Of a stretch of DNA of 64,000 nucleotides, positions 48,826 through 58,250 are shown in pieces. The stretch is taken from positions 2,704 through 66,703 of the forward strand of contig DAHWUD010000003.1 of the NCBI GenBank assembly GCA_027331445.1. The letters run 5' to 3'. How positions within the stretch are numbered: position 1 is the stretch's first letter; each line of letters starts with the position of its first letter. The DNA comes from Candidatus Amesbacteria bacterium (GTDB taxonomy: Bacteria > Patescibacteriota > Microgenomatia > CAZETR01 > Amesbacteraceae). A model generated the notes under the pieces. The model did no database searches, was not told the origin of the DNA, and saw only the letters and a list, made by a program, of their open reading frames with translations. Both the position numbers and the translations under genes were made by a program.

Positions 48826-49144
48826 GCAGAGAAAATTATACACGAAGGAAACGGGAAAATTCGGCGTCAGGGCCGGAATAATGGCCGGGGTATGCTGGCT
48901 GGGAGCGGGGTTAATAATCTACCATCTGCCTCCCGGGAAGTGGTGGGGGGAAGCGGGAGTATTAATTTTGATCTGGCTGGGATTGTGGTGGGCGGTGAGT
49001 TTTTTAACGGGAAAAAAAGGGTGGGGGCTTTTAACGGCAACCGGAATTACGACATTGCTGCTGATGCGCCGATGGGGGTTCTTGGGGTGGATAAGTTTCG
49101 GAGGGTGGTTGGTGGTGATGGGAATGATCAGTATGTGGGCTTGA
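48824..49144 (+). CDS. Small multi-TM hypothetical protein
   Basis: Hydrophobic W/G-rich ORF; start uncertain (ATG 48824 chosen). Confidence 0.6.
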   Translation: MQRKLYTKETGKFGVRAGIMAGVCWLGAGLIIYHLPPGKWWGEAGVLILIWLGLWWAVSFLTGKKGWGLLTATGITTLLLMRRWGFLGWISFGGWLVVMGMISMWA

Positions 49145-49188
49145 TAAATTTAATTAATTGAACTAAGATTATGCGGGGGATAAAGGGT

Positions 49189-49542
49189 ATGCAGGTTTCC
49201 AAAAAGAAAGTCAATCTGACATTAGAAAAACAGGTAAGGAAAATGTGGTGGCAATTGGTGGCGGATATAAAAAATCCGGAGGAGGCGGAAAAAATTTTAG
49301 GAGGATTGTTGTCAGACACAGAATTGGCGGCGATCAGCAAAAGGCTGGCCGTAGGGTATTGGTTGACCAAAAACCGCAGCTACGAAAATATTAAGGAAAA
49401 TTTAAAGGTGTCGAGCGCAACTATCGCCACGGTGCAGCAAGACCTGAAAAAGCCGGGTTGGAAAGCGGCAATAACAAAAGTCGAGGCGGAAGAATGGGCA
49501 ACCAAGTGGGAAGCCAAAATTAAAAAACTATTTGATAAATAA
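49189..49542 (+). CDS. TrpR-like (YerC/YecD) regulator
   Basis: LLSDTELAAISKRLAV, SYENIKENLKVSSATIATV helix-turn-helix; start 49189 or 49171. Confidence 0.82.
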   Translation: MQVSKKKVNLTLEKQVRKMWWQLVADIKNPEEAEKILGGLLSDTELAAISKRLAVGYWLTKNRSYENIKENLKVSSATIATVQQDLKKPGWKAAITKVEAEEWATKWEAKIKKLFDK

Positions 49543-49559
49543 TTCACCCCAGAGGAAAG

Positions 49560-50768
49560 TTATATTGTAAACTCGCCGTTTCGGTAGATTGTTTTTTCTG
49601 AGCCGTTGGTTAGGAAAGCGGTGACGGTGCGGTTGGCGGTGGAAATGATATCGGTGTGAATTGCGGAGTTATTGAAACCAAGTTTAATTTTTTGAGATTT
49701 AGTTAAAGTTTTTAAGTTGCCGGAATAGGTGTCGTCATCTGCGGTGCCCAGGGCGAGGTGAGTATTGCCGAAAGGCCCGGAAATGTTTTCGTCAAACAGG
49801 GTTTCGGCCATGAATTTATCAATTCTGGAGAGGCGTTTATCGGTGAGGGAAAACTCGCCAATTTTGTCTGCATTTTCGACTTCGAGCATCGATTTTAATA
49901 CGGCGTAGTTTAGTGAAGCCGAACTTTGGGTGACCTGACCATTTTCAAACTTTAATTTGATATCTTTAATCAGGCTGCCATAACGATAAAGGGGCTGGTT
50001 AAATTTGATCCAGCCGTTGGTGCCCCTCCAGTCCGGTGAGGTGAAAATTTCAAAACTGGGAATGTTTCTGCCTGATCCCCCGAGCCATTTCCGCTTTTCC
50101 CCGAGGGTGATCCATAAATCAACGTCTTCGCCTGAAATATGAAGCTTTTCTATCGGTAACGAATTTATTTTATCGAGTATTTCGGAATTTTTTTTAAACA
50201 CTTCACGCCATTTGGCTATAGGATCGGCTGCGTCTAAAAAGCAGGCCTTGATGATTTGATCCCAATATTCCCGGAGTGACATACCAGCCTCTTTGGCCAT
50301 GGCGGGAGTGCCATAGAGGGCCAGAGTCCAGGTAAATTTGCCGGCGTTTTCCTTGGCGTCCAACCAGTCACGAAAAGGTTTGACGGATTGCTGGCGCAAC
50401 ATGATTTTTTGGGGGTTAACGCCTTCCAATTCACGTTTGTCGACGTCGGAAATAATACCAATGGAATGGTCAATCTGATCGGCCAGACCGCGATAATATT
50501 TGCCGGCAAAAAATTTGAGCTGGGACTCCCCTGCCAGTTCAAAATAATCCCGGGCAACCCCGTCTGGGGCATAATCAGACAATGGGATGCCGCCTGATTT
50601 TAGGATTTGGTTTCTCAGGGCAACGTAAAAGGGCTTGGCGGAATCCGAGACGGACAGGCGGACGACATCGCCCCTTTTTATACCTTTGCCGGAGTTGAGG
50701 GCAAAATCGACCAGAACACTGGCATATTTTTGCAAAATTTCCGGGGAGGGATGATAAATATCCGGCAT
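49560..50768 (-). CDS. Aminopeptidase, M29 family
   Basis: KYASVLV, NIPSFEIFTSP, GEFSL, TLFDEN, HLALG, NNSAIHTD. Confidence 0.92.
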   Translation of the reverse strand: MPDIYHPSPEILQKYASVLVDFALNSGKGIKRGDVVRLSVSDSAKPFYVALRNQILKSGGIPLSDYAPDGVARDYFELAGESQLKFFAGKYYRGLADQIDHSIGIISDVDKRELEGVNPQKIMLRQQSVKPFRDWLDAKENAGKFTWTLALYGTPAMAKEAGMSLREYWDQIIKACFLDAADPIAKWREVFKKNSEILDKINSLPIEKLHISGEDVDLWITLGEKRKWLGGSGRNIPSFEIFTSPDWRGTNGWIKFNQPLYRYGSLIKDIKLKFENGQVTQSSASLNYAVLKSMLEVENADKIGEFSLTDKRLSRIDKFMAETLFDENISGPFGNTHLALGTADDDTYSGNLKTLTKSQKIKLGFNNSAIHTDIISTANRTVTAFLTNGSEKTIYRNGEFTI

Positions 50769-50804
50769 AGGGTGAATTATACCAATCTGAGGTAAAATTG
50801 GAGA

Positions 50805-52220
50805 ATGACAGACAAATTTTATATCACGACCACCCTACCGTATGTGAATGCGGCGCCACATGTGGGATTTGCATTGGAAATTGTGCAGGCGGATGCGATA
50901 GCCAGATACCAGAGGTTTTTGGGTAAAGAGGTGGTATTTAACTTCGGGACGGACGAGCACGGACAAAAGATTTACCAAAAAGCGCTGGAACAGCACAAGG
51001 ATCCTAAAATTTACTGCGATGAATACGCAGCCAAGTTTGACGATTTAAAGCGGGCACTGAACCTAAGTTACACAAATTTTGTCAGAACCACGGATGAGTA
51101 CCACATCAAAGCGGCGCAGGAGTTTTGGAAAAAATGCCTGGTCGGCGGGGATATTTATAAAAAGCAGTACAAAATAAAATATTGTGTGGGGTGCGAATTA
51201 GAAAAGACGGATTCTGAGTTGGTGGAGGGGAAGTGTCCACTGCATCCAAACCAGGAGTTGGAAATTATCGAAGAAGAAAATTACTTTTTCAGATTCAGTA
51301 AATACCAACAAGCGCTGTTGGATTATTATGAAGGCCACCCGGATTTTGTAGTCCCGGGGAGCAGGTTTAATGAGATAAAAACATTTGTAAAATCAGGACT
51401 GGAAGACTTCAGTGTGTCGAGGTTGAAATCCAAAATGCCGTGGGGGATAGACGTTCCGGGCGATCCAGACCAGGTGATGTATGTATGGTTTGACGCGCTG
51501 ATAAATTATATTTCGACTTTGGGGTGGCCGGAAGACGGAGAGCGTTTCCGGGGATTCTGGCCGGGTTTGCAAGTAGCGGGCAAGGATAATCTGAGACAAC
51601 AGACTGCCATATGGCAAGCAATGCTGATGTCCGCCGGGCTGCCTAACTCCAGGCAGATATTTATTCATGGATTTTTGACGGTTAACGGACAAAAGATCAG
51701 TAAGAGTCTGGGAAACGCCATAAACCCGATTGAGCTGGTGAAAAAATACGGGGCCGACGCGGTGAGATATTATTTACTGGCAAAGGTACATCCGTGGGAA
51801 GACAGTGATTTTACGGCGGCAAAGTTCGAAGAAGCCTTAAACGCGGATCTGGCTAACGGGCTGGGAAACCTGGTGGCGAGAATTGCCAAACTGGCCCAGA
51901 ACTCGGAGGGGAATTTTGCAGAAAGCAAAACGGAGTCAGATAAAGAGGTCGCCGAGGAGATCGGTAAATTCAGGTTTGACTACGCGATGGAAAAAATCTG
52001 GCAGAAAATTAAAAAACTGGACCAAAAAGTGGAGGAATATAAGCTGTGGACGCTAAATGGGAAGGAATTAATTGAAAAATTAGACGAATTTGTTCCGGAG
52101 GTAAGGCAAATAGCCTTTGATCTACAGCCATTCTTACCCGAGACGGCAGAGAAAATAACGAGGCAATTTGAAGGGCCAAAAATTAAAGCCTCGGCTCCCC
52201 TGTTTCCGAGAATTAAATAA
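50805..52220 (+). CDS. metG: Methionyl-tRNA synthetase (no C-terminal OB domain)
   Basis: YVNAAPHVG, GTDEHGQK, YVWFDALINY, GKDN, KISKSLGN, LFPRI. Confidence 0.97.
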   Translation: MTDKFYITTTLPYVNAAPHVGFALEIVQADAIARYQRFLGKEVVFNFGTDEHGQKIYQKALEQHKDPKIYCDEYAAKFDDLKRALNLSYTNFVRTTDEYHIKAAQEFWKKCLVGGDIYKKQYKIKYCVGCELEKTDSELVEGKCPLHPNQELEIIEEENYFFRFSKYQQALLDYYEGHPDFVVPGSRFNEIKTFVKSGLEDFSVSRLKSKMPWGIDVPGDPDQVMYVWFDALINYISTLGWPEDGERFRGFWPGLQVAGKDNLRQQTAIWQAMLMSAGLPNSRQIFIHGFLTVNGQKISKSLGNAINPIELVKKYGADAVRYYLLAKVHPWEDSDFTAAKFEEALNADLANGLGNLVARIAKLAQNSEGNFAESKTESDKEVAEEIGKFRFDYAMEKIWQKIKKLDQKVEEYKLWTLNGKELIEKLDEFVPEVRQIAFDLQPFLPETAEKITRQFEGPKIKASAPLFPRIK

Positions 52221-52975
52221 TGGTCGATGCGCATTGCCATCTGAATGACGAAAAGTTTACGGGAGGAGAGGAGGAAGTGTTCAGGCGGGCGCGAGAAGCG
52301 GGAGTGACGACGATGATTTGTGCGGGGGGAAATCTGAAAGACAGTCAAAAAGCAATTGAGTTGGCGCATAATTACGAAGGGGTGTGGGCAACAGTGGGAA
52401 TGCATCCGGAAGAAACCGGGGAAAAATGGAGTAAGGGAGTATTTGAAAAGTTGGCGGAAGATGAAAAGGTGGTGGCCATCGGGGAGACGGGGCTAGACTT
52501 CAGAGCCGACACGAACGAGGAAGAAAAGGAGAGACAAATACGACTGATGGAGGAACAGGTAAAACTGGCCAATATGACCGGTTTGCCGCTGGTAGTACAC
52601 AATAGGAATGCGGACGAGGAAATAAAAGCAGTGCTGGAAAAATTGCAGACCACGGCGCAGATGCACTGTTTTAACAGCGGTGAAGTATTGATGAAGTGGG
52701 CCATTAGTAAGGGATTTTTTATCAGTGTGGGGGGGATAGTAACTTTTAAAAATGCCGAAGAACTGCGACGGTTGGCAGCCATGATTCCTGAGGAGAGGTT
52801 ATTGATAGAGACTGACGCGCCGTATTTGGCTCCGGAACCGGTCAGGGGAAGTATCAACGAGCCTAAAAATGTCAGGCTCGTAGCTGAACGGATGGCCAGG
52901 ATAAGACAGACTTCAATTGATCAAATTGAAGAGATAACCGGGAAAAACGCGAAAAAAATGTTCGGGAGATTGTAA
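52220..52975 (+). CDS. tatD: TatD family hydrolase
   Basis: DAHCHL, GMHP, AIGETGLD, HNR, HCF, ETDAPYLAP, NEP. Confidence 0.95.
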   Translation: MVDAHCHLNDEKFTGGEEEVFRRAREAGVTTMICAGGNLKDSQKAIELAHNYEGVWATVGMHPEETGEKWSKGVFEKLAEDEKVVAIGETGLDFRADTNEEEKERQIRLMEEQVKLANMTGLPLVVHNRNADEEIKAVLEKLQTTAQMHCFNSGEVLMKWAISKGFFISVGGIVTFKNAEELRRLAAMIPEERLLIETDAPYLAPEPVRGSINEPKNVRLVAERMARIRQTSIDQIEEITGKNAKKMFGRL

Positions 52976-52984
52976 AATAGACTG

Positions 52985-54454
52985 ATGGACGGAAAGCAAA
53001 AGAGGTGGCTGGAGATTCTGCCGGGGTTTTTAAGCTGGAATTTGATCCTGTTTCTAGTGTGGGGAGGGTTTTTCTTCCCGGTGTTTACCGCCTATTTTAT
53101 CCTGGCATTTGACGTGTACTGGGTATACAAGGGGCTGGCGATGACGCTGGCGGCCATCCTGTCACATATCAGGATTCTGGCCTCAGAAAGGCTGGACTGG
53201 ATGCAGGAGGTAAGAGGGTTCGGAGATTATAAAAAGGTGCGGCACGTGGTGATGGTACTGGTGGCAAACGAGGCCCGGGAGACGTATGAGAGAACGGTTG
53301 CGGCGCTGGCTTTGCAAACCTTTCCCTTGAAACAACTGGCGGTGGTGATGGCCACAGAGGAGAGATTTCCCCAGGGGCAAGAGGAAGCGGAAAAACTGAA
53401 GCAAAAATGGGGGGACAAATTCGGAGAGTTTCTGATCACGGTACATCCGGCAAACATCAGCGGGGAAATTAAGGGCAAATCGGCCAACGAGGCGTGGGCC
53501 AGCCGGGAGGCAAAAAGAATATTGGTGGATGAAAAGGGAGAAGATCTGGATTTGATGACGATTACTTCAAACGACGCCGATGCCATCTTGCATCCTCAAT
53601 ATTTTGCTTATTTAACGTTTAAGTTTTTGGACGATCCCAACAGATATGAGAAGTTCTGGCAACCGGCGATCGTTTATTACAACAACATCTGGAAAATCCC
53701 GGCGCCGACCCGGGTAATGAACACTTTTTCCAATATGTGGCAGACGGGACTTTTAATGCGAAAGGACAGACTGATAAATTTTTCCAATTATTCGACGTCG
53801 CTAAAACTGATGGATGAAGTGGGCTATTGGGATGCGGACGTCATCCCGGAGGATTACCGGATATTTTTCAAGTCATTTTTCAAAACGGGAGGCCGGGCAG
53901 AGGTGGAGCCGATATTTTTGCCTTCTTCCGCAGACGCCGCCCAGTCAACTACCACCTGGAAGACTTTTGTAAACGAATACGAACAGAAAAAGCGGTGGGC
54001 GTGGGGAGTGTCGGACATACCATACGTGGTGGAAATGTTTCTAAAGCAGCCCCAGGTGTCGTCGTTTAACAAGGTCGTGAGGATCTCAAGATTGATGGAG
54101 GACCATATTTTGTGGCCGGTAAACTGGTTTATCATCACGATAGGGGTGTCGGTAGTCACGCTGGTTAACCCGGCGTTTAAGAGAACATCCCTGGGGTTTA
54201 TGCTGCCGAGAATTTCATCCGGAATCCTGACGATAACGGTGTTGTTTCTGATGGTCCTACTGATAATTGAACTGCGCCAACGGCCGACCAAAGCGAATGA
54301 AGTGGCCAAATGGAGAGTATGGATATCTCCGCTGGAGTTTTTGCTGATGCCGATTGCCGGATTTTTCTTTTCGGCACTGCCGAGCCTGGATGCCCACACC
54401 AGACTGATGCTGGGGCGATACCTGGAGTATCGGGTGACCGAAAAAGTGAAGTAG
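52985..54454 (+). CDS. Membrane GT2-family (processive-type) glycosyltransferase
   Basis: GKSANE, DADA, PED, QKKRWAWG (QxxRW); TMs at both ends. Confidence 0.85.
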   Translation: MDGKQKRWLEILPGFLSWNLILFLVWGGFFFPVFTAYFILAFDVYWVYKGLAMTLAAILSHIRILASERLDWMQEVRGFGDYKKVRHVVMVLVANEARETYERTVAALALQTFPLKQLAVVMATEERFPQGQEEAEKLKQKWGDKFGEFLITVHPANISGEIKGKSANEAWASREAKRILVDEKGEDLDLMTITSNDADAILHPQYFAYLTFKFLDDPNRYEKFWQPAIVYYNNIWKIPAPTRVMNTFSNMWQTGLLMRKDRLINFSNYSTSLKLMDEVGYWDADVIPEDYRIFFKSFFKTGGRAEVEPIFLPSSADAAQSTTTWKTFVNEYEQKKRWAWGVSDIPYVVEMFLKQPQVSSFNKVVRISRLMEDHILWPVNWFIITIGVSVVTLVNPAFKRTSLGFMLPRISSGILTITVLFLMVLLIIELRQRPTKANEVAKWRVWISPLEFLLMPIAGFFFSALPSLDAHTRLMLGRYLEYRVTEKVK

Positions 54455-54471
54455 TGTAGAATATTTTCAGG

Positions 54472-55914
54472 ATGAAAAACGGGGTGCGGGAGTGGTTGGT
54501 CAGAAACCAGTGGCTAATAATAATTACGGCTTTGGTGGTCGGGCTGAGACTGCCCAGCCTATTTGAACCTTATTGGTACGGAGACGAAGCGATATACCTG
54601 ACTATCGGCCAGGCTATCGACCGGGGAGTGCCCTTGTACAGCGGAATTCATGACAACAAACCGCCACTTTTATACCTGGTAGCGGCGGCAGCCGGGGGGA
54701 ATGAATTTTGGTTTAAGTTTATAGCCATGGCATGGAACCTGGTCACGATCTGGGCCTTCGCGAATTTGGGAGAAAAAATATTTGAAAGAAGAAAAAAACC
54801 GGTAGTGGTGGCAACTCTGGCGTTTGCCCTGGCGACGACGCTGCCGGTATGGGAGGGAAATATTGCCAATGCGGAGTTGTTTTTCCTGCTACCGACAATA
54901 TTGGCCGTAAATTGGCTGTGGAGAAAAAATGCGAGCTGGCTTAGGGTAGCTGTGGCGGGGATAGCCATCGGGGTAGCAGGATTATTCAAGGTACCGGCGA
55001 TATTGGAGGCGGGAATCTGGCCGTTGATATGGTCGGCCACGGGAGAGAAAAAGATAATAAGAAAGATTTTGATATTGGGAGCGGGGGTAGCGCTGCCGGT
55101 GGGACTGACGGGAATTTACTTTGCAATACAGGGAGAATTGAGAGACTATGTGACAGCGGCCTGGTTACAAAATCTGCCGTATATATCCAGCTGGCAGGCG
55201 GGCAGCGCCGGGGGAGGCCTGTTTTCAGTTAAGGGGCGGGCAGTAGTGGCAATTATCCTTCTAGCGGGGATGTGGGGAATGGCCCGGAGGTGGGGCAGAA
55301 CGGTGACAATCATAGGAATGTGGGGAATCGTAACTTTGTTTGCCGCGCTATTGTCGGGAAGGCCGTATCCACATTATTTACTGCAAACGGCGGGGGCGGC
55401 GGCAATCGCGGCGGCACTGTTGTGGGAAAAGGCCAGGGCCGAGAAAATTGCGGGGGCGGCAGTATTAATTATGATTTTTGCGGTCTGGAAAAGTTTCGGG
55501 TTTTATGAGTACCCGGTGTGGAGATATTATCAGAATTTCGGGCAATGGATATGGGGAGGGAAGAGCACCCAAGGTTATTTAGGCTGGTTTAGTCCGCAGG
55601 TGAATGCGGACTACGAAATTGCGGGGATAATCAAGGCGGGAACAATGAGGGAGGATAAGATTTTTGTGTGGGGGGATGAACCGGCGATATATGCGCTGGC
55701 ACAAAGATTACCGGTAGGAGTATACACAGTGAAATACCAGATCCAACAACTGCAGCAGGAAACGACGGTAATGAAGGACCTGGTAGCTGAAAAGCCCAAA
55801 TATGTGGTGAGTTTCGGGAGCGAGGAGCAGCTGCCCGGGCTGGGGAGCTGGCTACAAAACAATTACCTATTGGAAAGGACCGTGGGAGCGGCAAAAGTTT
55901 ATAATCGGTTATAA
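54472..55914 (+). CDS. GT-C (ArnT/PMT-like) membrane glycosyltransferase
   Basis: WYGDEAIY, HDNKPPLLY, NAELF, YPHY, many TMs. Confidence 0.82.
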   Translation: MKNGVREWLVRNQWLIIITALVVGLRLPSLFEPYWYGDEAIYLTIGQAIDRGVPLYSGIHDNKPPLLYLVAAAAGGNEFWFKFIAMAWNLVTIWAFANLGEKIFERRKKPVVVATLAFALATTLPVWEGNIANAELFFLLPTILAVNWLWRKNASWLRVAVAGIAIGVAGLFKVPAILEAGIWPLIWSATGEKKIIRKILILGAGVALPVGLTGIYFAIQGELRDYVTAAWLQNLPYISSWQAGSAGGGLFSVKGRAVVAIILLAGMWGMARRWGRTVTIIGMWGIVTLFAALLSGRPYPHYLLQTAGAAAIAAALLWEKARAEKIAGAAVLIMIFAVWKSFGFYEYPVWRYYQNFGQWIWGGKSTQGYLGWFSPQVNADYEIAGIIKAGTMREDKIFVWGDEPAIYALAQRLPVGVYTVKYQIQQLQQETTVMKDLVAEKPKYVVSFGSEEQLPGLGSWLQNNYLLERTVGAAKVYNRL

Positions 55915-55921
55915 TTGGAGA

Positions 55922-56257
55922 GTGGAAAAGATTTTAGACAGGCTGCGGATGGGAAACGGGATAGCGGCAGCGGCAGCGGCGGCGGCGGGAGCGGGGGTGG
56001 CGCTGTTTTTCGGAAAAAGTCTGCCTCCGGTGGTGCCGCTTTTTTACAGCCGGCCATGGGGGGAAGAACAGCTGGTAAACCCATGGGGACTGGCGTGGCC
56101 GGTGGGACTGGCGGTGGCCGGGGCAATCGTCAGCCTGCTCGCGGCCAGGGGGTTGAAAAATGAACCCGTGCTGGGAGCTGTGCTTTTGGCCAGCGGAATA
56201 ATGATCGAGGTTATTTTGATTCTGGGTATGCTGAGAAGCGTGATGCTGGTGGTGTAA
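55922..56257 (+). CDS. Small membrane protein (DUF1648-like)
   Basis: LPPVVPLFYSRPWGEEQL between TMs. Confidence 0.7.
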   Translation: MEKILDRLRMGNGIAAAAAAAAGAGVALFFGKSLPPVVPLFYSRPWGEEQLVNPWGLAWPVGLAVAGAIVSLLAARGLKNEPVLGAVLLASGIMIEVILILGMLRSVMLVV

Positions 56258-56259
56258 TT

Positions 56260-57363
56260 ATGCAGGAAATCTGGTGGGGAAAATTTTTGATACCGGCGGC
56301 GGTAGCAGCAGCGGTGAGTTATCTGGTAACCGGGTGGGTGGTGAAATGGGGAAAAAAACTGGGAATAATGGATGACCCCAAGGCACACATACATCCCAAG
56401 GTGGTACATGAAAAAACAGTTCCCCGGGGAGGGGGCTGGTCGATTTGGGCGGCGTTGGCACTGGGGGTAGGGATATTTGCCGGAGATAATTTCAGGCTGT
56501 GGGGAGTGATGGGCGGAGCGACAATTCTCGCCCTGACGGGGTTTTTGGATGACAGATACGCGGAAAAAGTGTCCCCATATGTGAGACTGATATTAAACGC
56601 GCTGGCGGCACTGTGCGTGATCGGAGTCGGAATCGGAATTGCGTATATCAGCAACCCCTTCGGCGGCATATGGCACCTGGACTGGCCCAGATGGTGCCTG
56701 GCTGTTAACGGGGTCAACCACTGCATTTGGGTATGGTCGGACCTATTTGCCCTGGTGTGGCTGGTGTGGATGCAAAACAGCGTGGGGTGGAGCAGCGGAG
56801 TGGACGGGCAATTATCGGGGTTCGTGATCACAGCGGCGGTAACCATGGCGCTTTTGGCCATGAGATTCGGTACTGACGCCGGACAATGGCCGGTATTGAT
56901 CCTGGCCGGAATAACGGCCGGAGCTTATGCCGGGTTTTTGCCCTGGAACTGGTACCCCCAAAAAATTATGCCCGGGTACGGGGGAAAGAGCCTGGCGGGA
57001 TTTTTATTGGGAACACTGGCAATTTTGTCAGCGGCAAAAGTCGGGGCGATGATTATGGTCTTGGGATTACCAATGATGGACGCGGTGCTGGTAATAATAA
57101 AAAGGCTCAGGGAAGGCCGGTCGCCGGTATGGGGGGGGCGGGAACATCTGCATCACTATCTACTGGATGCCGGATGGAGCAAGAAACAAATTGCCGTGTT
57201 TTACTGGGTAATATCGATAATACTGGCGGTTTTGGCCTGGCAATTGAAAGCCCCCTTAAAGTTGTTTACAATGGCGGCAATAGCTCTGGTGGCAGCGGGA
57301 GCAATATTATGGGTAAAAAACTGGTCGACATCCTTAAAACAGCCAGGCCAAGACAGTGGGTAA
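56260..57363 (+). CDS. WecA/TagO-like polyprenyl-phosphate sugar-1-phosphate transferase (MraY family)
   Basis: VPRGGG, GFLDD, GVDG, FLPWNWYPQKIMPGYGG, HLHH. Confidence 0.9.
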   Translation: MQEIWWGKFLIPAAVAAAVSYLVTGWVVKWGKKLGIMDDPKAHIHPKVVHEKTVPRGGGWSIWAALALGVGIFAGDNFRLWGVMGGATILALTGFLDDRYAEKVSPYVRLILNALAALCVIGVGIGIAYISNPFGGIWHLDWPRWCLAVNGVNHCIWVWSDLFALVWLVWMQNSVGWSSGVDGQLSGFVITAAVTMALLAMRFGTDAGQWPVLILAGITAGAYAGFLPWNWYPQKIMPGYGGKSLAGFLLGTLAILSAAKVGAMIMVLGLPMMDAVLVIIKRLREGRSPVWGGREHLHHYLLDAGWSKKQIAVFYWVISIILAVLAWQLKAPLKLFTMAAIALVAAGAILWVKNWSTSLKQPGQDSG

Positions 57364-58250
57364 AAAACCTGACGCTGTTCGCGGCGCTGATTTTCACCGG
57401 GTATTTGTTCTCGGCGGCGGTGTTTTGGAAGGACTTCGGGATTGTGACCCAGGCGGTGATGGCGTTTACGGCGGTGGCAGTGGCGATTTACTTTTTAAAT
57501 GACGTTATTGACGTCGAAGCGGACAAAATGCATCCGTTTAAGAGGAAAAGGCCGATTGCCGCAGGCAGGATCAGCCGGGGGGAGGCGCTGGTTATAAGCG
57601 GACTGGCGGCGATAGTGGGGCTGACCTGGACATTTAAGCTGTCTTTGCTGTTCGGAACTATAGTCCTGGCTTATTTAGTGATGCAGATACTGTATTCAAT
57701 GTGGCTCAAGAATGTGGAGGTGGTAGATGTATTTGTGATTGCGTTGGGATTTTTTTTGAGAGTGTTTGCCGGGGCAATCGTGATTAATGCCCATCTGTCG
57801 ATCTGGTTTTTGCTGTGCGTAATTTCGGTATCGCTGTTTTTGGCCGTGGGCAAGAGACGGGCAGAGATGGCAATTCTGACCGAGCAGGGGGCGGTGCAAC
57901 ACCGGAAAGTGATGGGAAAATACAGCGCCGATATTCTGGACGCATATCTAGCCATGTTTGCGACGGCGGCCTGGATGTCGTGGGCTCTATTTACCTTTAA
58001 TTTCTATGAACAGGCGGCCCCGGAGCTGGCATCACCTGTGGGCCTGGGAATTATTTCCCGGACACTGACGATCAATAAGTGGCTGATGGTAAGCATTCCG
58101 GTGGTAATTTTCGGGATTATGAGGTATCTGCGGGTGGTTTACGACGGATCCAGGGCAGAAACGCCGGAGAGAGTTATCCTGTCGGATACACCGCTTTTGG
58201 CCACGGTGGCAGTGTGGGGATTGATCGTGATAACGGTACTTTACCTGTAG
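57309..58250 (+). CDS. UbiA-family decaprenyl-phosphate phosphoribosyltransferase-like protein
   Basis: RPRQWVKN, NDVIDVEADKMHPFKRKRPIAAG, GFFLRVFAG, GKRRAE; start MGKKL at 57309. Confidence 0.88.
   Translation: MGKKLVDILKTARPRQWVKNLTLFAALIFTGYLFSAAVFWKDFGIVTQAVMAFTAVAVAIYFLNDVIDVEADKMHPFKRKRPIAAGRISRGEALVISGLAAIVGLTWTFKLSLLFGTIVLAYLVMQILYSMWLKNVEVVDVFVIALGFFLRVFAGAIVINAHLSIWFLLCVISVSLFLAVGKRRAEMAILTEQGAVQHRKVMGKYSADILDAYLAMFATAAWMSWALFTFNFYEQAAPELASPVGLGIISRTLTINKWLMVSIPVVIFGIMRYLRVVYDGSRAETPERVILSDTPLLATVAVWGLIVITVLYL

Noticed and set aside
55962-55995. GCGGCA tandem repeat
   Set aside because: Encodes a poly-Ala stretch in a TM segment; period is a multiple of 3
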